Assembly: GCA_038087875.1 (NCBI GenBank)
Contig: CM075981.1
Span: 52,824,001-52,888,000 of the forward strand
Length of the DNA stretch: 64,000 nucleotides
Direction: 5' to 3'
Source: Malacoraja senta
Lineage: Eukaryota
Shown here: positions 62,869 through 64,000 of the stretch, one piece after another
How the letters are laid out: the number at the start of each line of letters is the position of its first letter
How positions within the stretch are numbered: the first letter of the stretch is position 1
Position numbers and translations under genes: made by a program
Notes under the pieces: generated by a model
What the model saw: only the letters and a program-made list of their open reading frames with translations
The model's database searches: none
Told to the model about the DNA's origin: nothing

Positions 62869-63663
62869 GTGAGTGTTGCATGAACAAAAAGACTGATGGT
62901 TCCCCTCACTTTCCTACAATCCAGTGATTATTCAATATATTTGCTGAAGTGTATAGAAATGTATAAAATCCAAAAATATTTTGAGAATTGTAATGTTTTT
63001 AATATCATGGTGAAGTGCACATTTTGAAGGGGTCAACAGATCTTTGCTGTTGTAGTTCAAGGAGAATAGGAGAAATTGTTGCCGGCATATCTATTTTTGA
63101 GCAGACGTGCACCTGTGGTTATAAAGAGGAAAAAAATAACGTACAGACATTTCGAGAATATTCTTTAAAGTTGCAAATGCCTAATTGCCAAAAAATGAGT
63201 TTGCCTTGGCCATAATATTCTTCCCTTCAAGTTAGGATCAGCCTTATTTTTACTTTGAGAATAGATTATTTTGTCCCACTGCAAGCATTTATATTTTATC
63301 TGCAGGACTGAAAAGTTTGGAGGTGTTCAAAGCGTATTTAGATATATTTATTTGATCTGTTTTGTTGTCTGCTGGGGCATCACTCGCTATTGGTCTTGCC
63401 ATTCCGCTTTTGTATGTCTGCGAAGCTGATTTGTGCAATTTCTCTTTTGCTATGTGTGCCAATGAACAGTTGCTTTAATATTTGGTTCCTTTGATCTAAG
63501 TTGCATGTCTTTGACTGGTGCCTCTAATGCCATGATTTCTCTTGTCTAGTTATTTGTCAGAATCTGCCGTTTTCTGCCTCTTCTGGCTGACTTTAATATT
63601 ATCCTTGTCCCTATATGACTGTACTGAATTCTGACAGGTGGGAGGGGAAAGACCAACAATGAA

Positions 63664-63981
63664 TCTGAAAACTTGGAATTACCTCTCTCCCCACTCCCCA
63701 TCATCTCTCCCCCCTCTCTACTCCTCTCTCCCCACCTCCTCTCTCCCCTCTACTCTCTCTTCCCCCATCCTCCCCTCCCCCCTCTCTCTCTCCCCCTCTT
63801 CCCTCCCTTTCCCCTCCTCTCCCTCCTCTCCCCCTCCCTCCCCTCTCCCCACCCCATCTCCCCCTATCCCCCTCTCACCCCCTCCCCCTCGGTGTGTGTG
63901 TGAATCCACAGCACACCTTCCCCCCCCCCCCTGCAACCGCGCGTTGGGGGAACAGACCCAGCGGGTCTGCACTTGGTCTAG
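63664..63981 (+). mobile_element. Putative non-autonomous Helitron (3' end clear, 5' end tentative)
   Basis: Hairpin cagaccc-agc-gggtctg (63953-63969), an 8-nt spacer, then CTAG (63978-63981) and T. Candidate A|TC start at 63663/63664. Confidence 0.55.
63682..63890 (+). repeat. CT-rich low-complexity tract
   Basis: About 200 bp that is almost purely C/T. Confidence 0.95.
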
Positions 63982-64000
63982 TAAACTATTAAAATGTAGC

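Noticed and set aside
62640-62927. 95-aa ATG-initiated ORF as a standalone gene
   Set aside because: It is an internal CLEC16A exon. The ATG is simply the first codon after the acceptor, and the tail after 62868 is intron.
1-64000. Prokaryotic systems (CRISPR arrays, operons, defence islands)
   Set aside because: The sequence is a spliced vertebrate gene with eukaryotic TEs, and no regularly spaced repeat-spacer array was seen.

Overview
Vertebrate genomic DNA, most likely from a cartilaginous fish (skate or ray; inferred from HE1-like V-SINEs, HER1-like CR1 tails and abundant Penelope tails). The whole window lies inside CLEC16A on the + strand. Eight coding exons can be read with GT-AG boundaries and consistent phase: 3231-3379, 5350-5455, a 6-nt microexon at 7520-7525, 11310-11433, 13085-13259, 24313-24366, 41890-42003 and 62640-62868. 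By my recollection of the human gene these are exons 4-11. The introns are packed with nested transposons: a DIRS retrotransposon inside a Tc1; long CR1 copies with an SGNH-esterase ORF1; L1/Tx1, L2, Rex1 and RTE fragments; a CsRn1-like Gypsy element whose 5' LTR carries a hAT transposon; Harbinger-like elements; IR/DR Tc1 copies; a Helitron-like 3' end; and many Penelope-like (PLE) pieces. The most notable points are (1) short, TSD-bounded, often palindromic PLE-tail insertions carrying minimal hammerhead-ribozyme cores, (2) the 6-nt microexon and an in-frame alternative donor in exon 11, (3) a 188-bp target duplication around an L1 fragment, and (4) Gypsy and hAT elements resembling invertebrate families. 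There is a 200-N assembly gap at 58806-59005. Most ORFs in the supplied track are spurious or decayed TE fragments.
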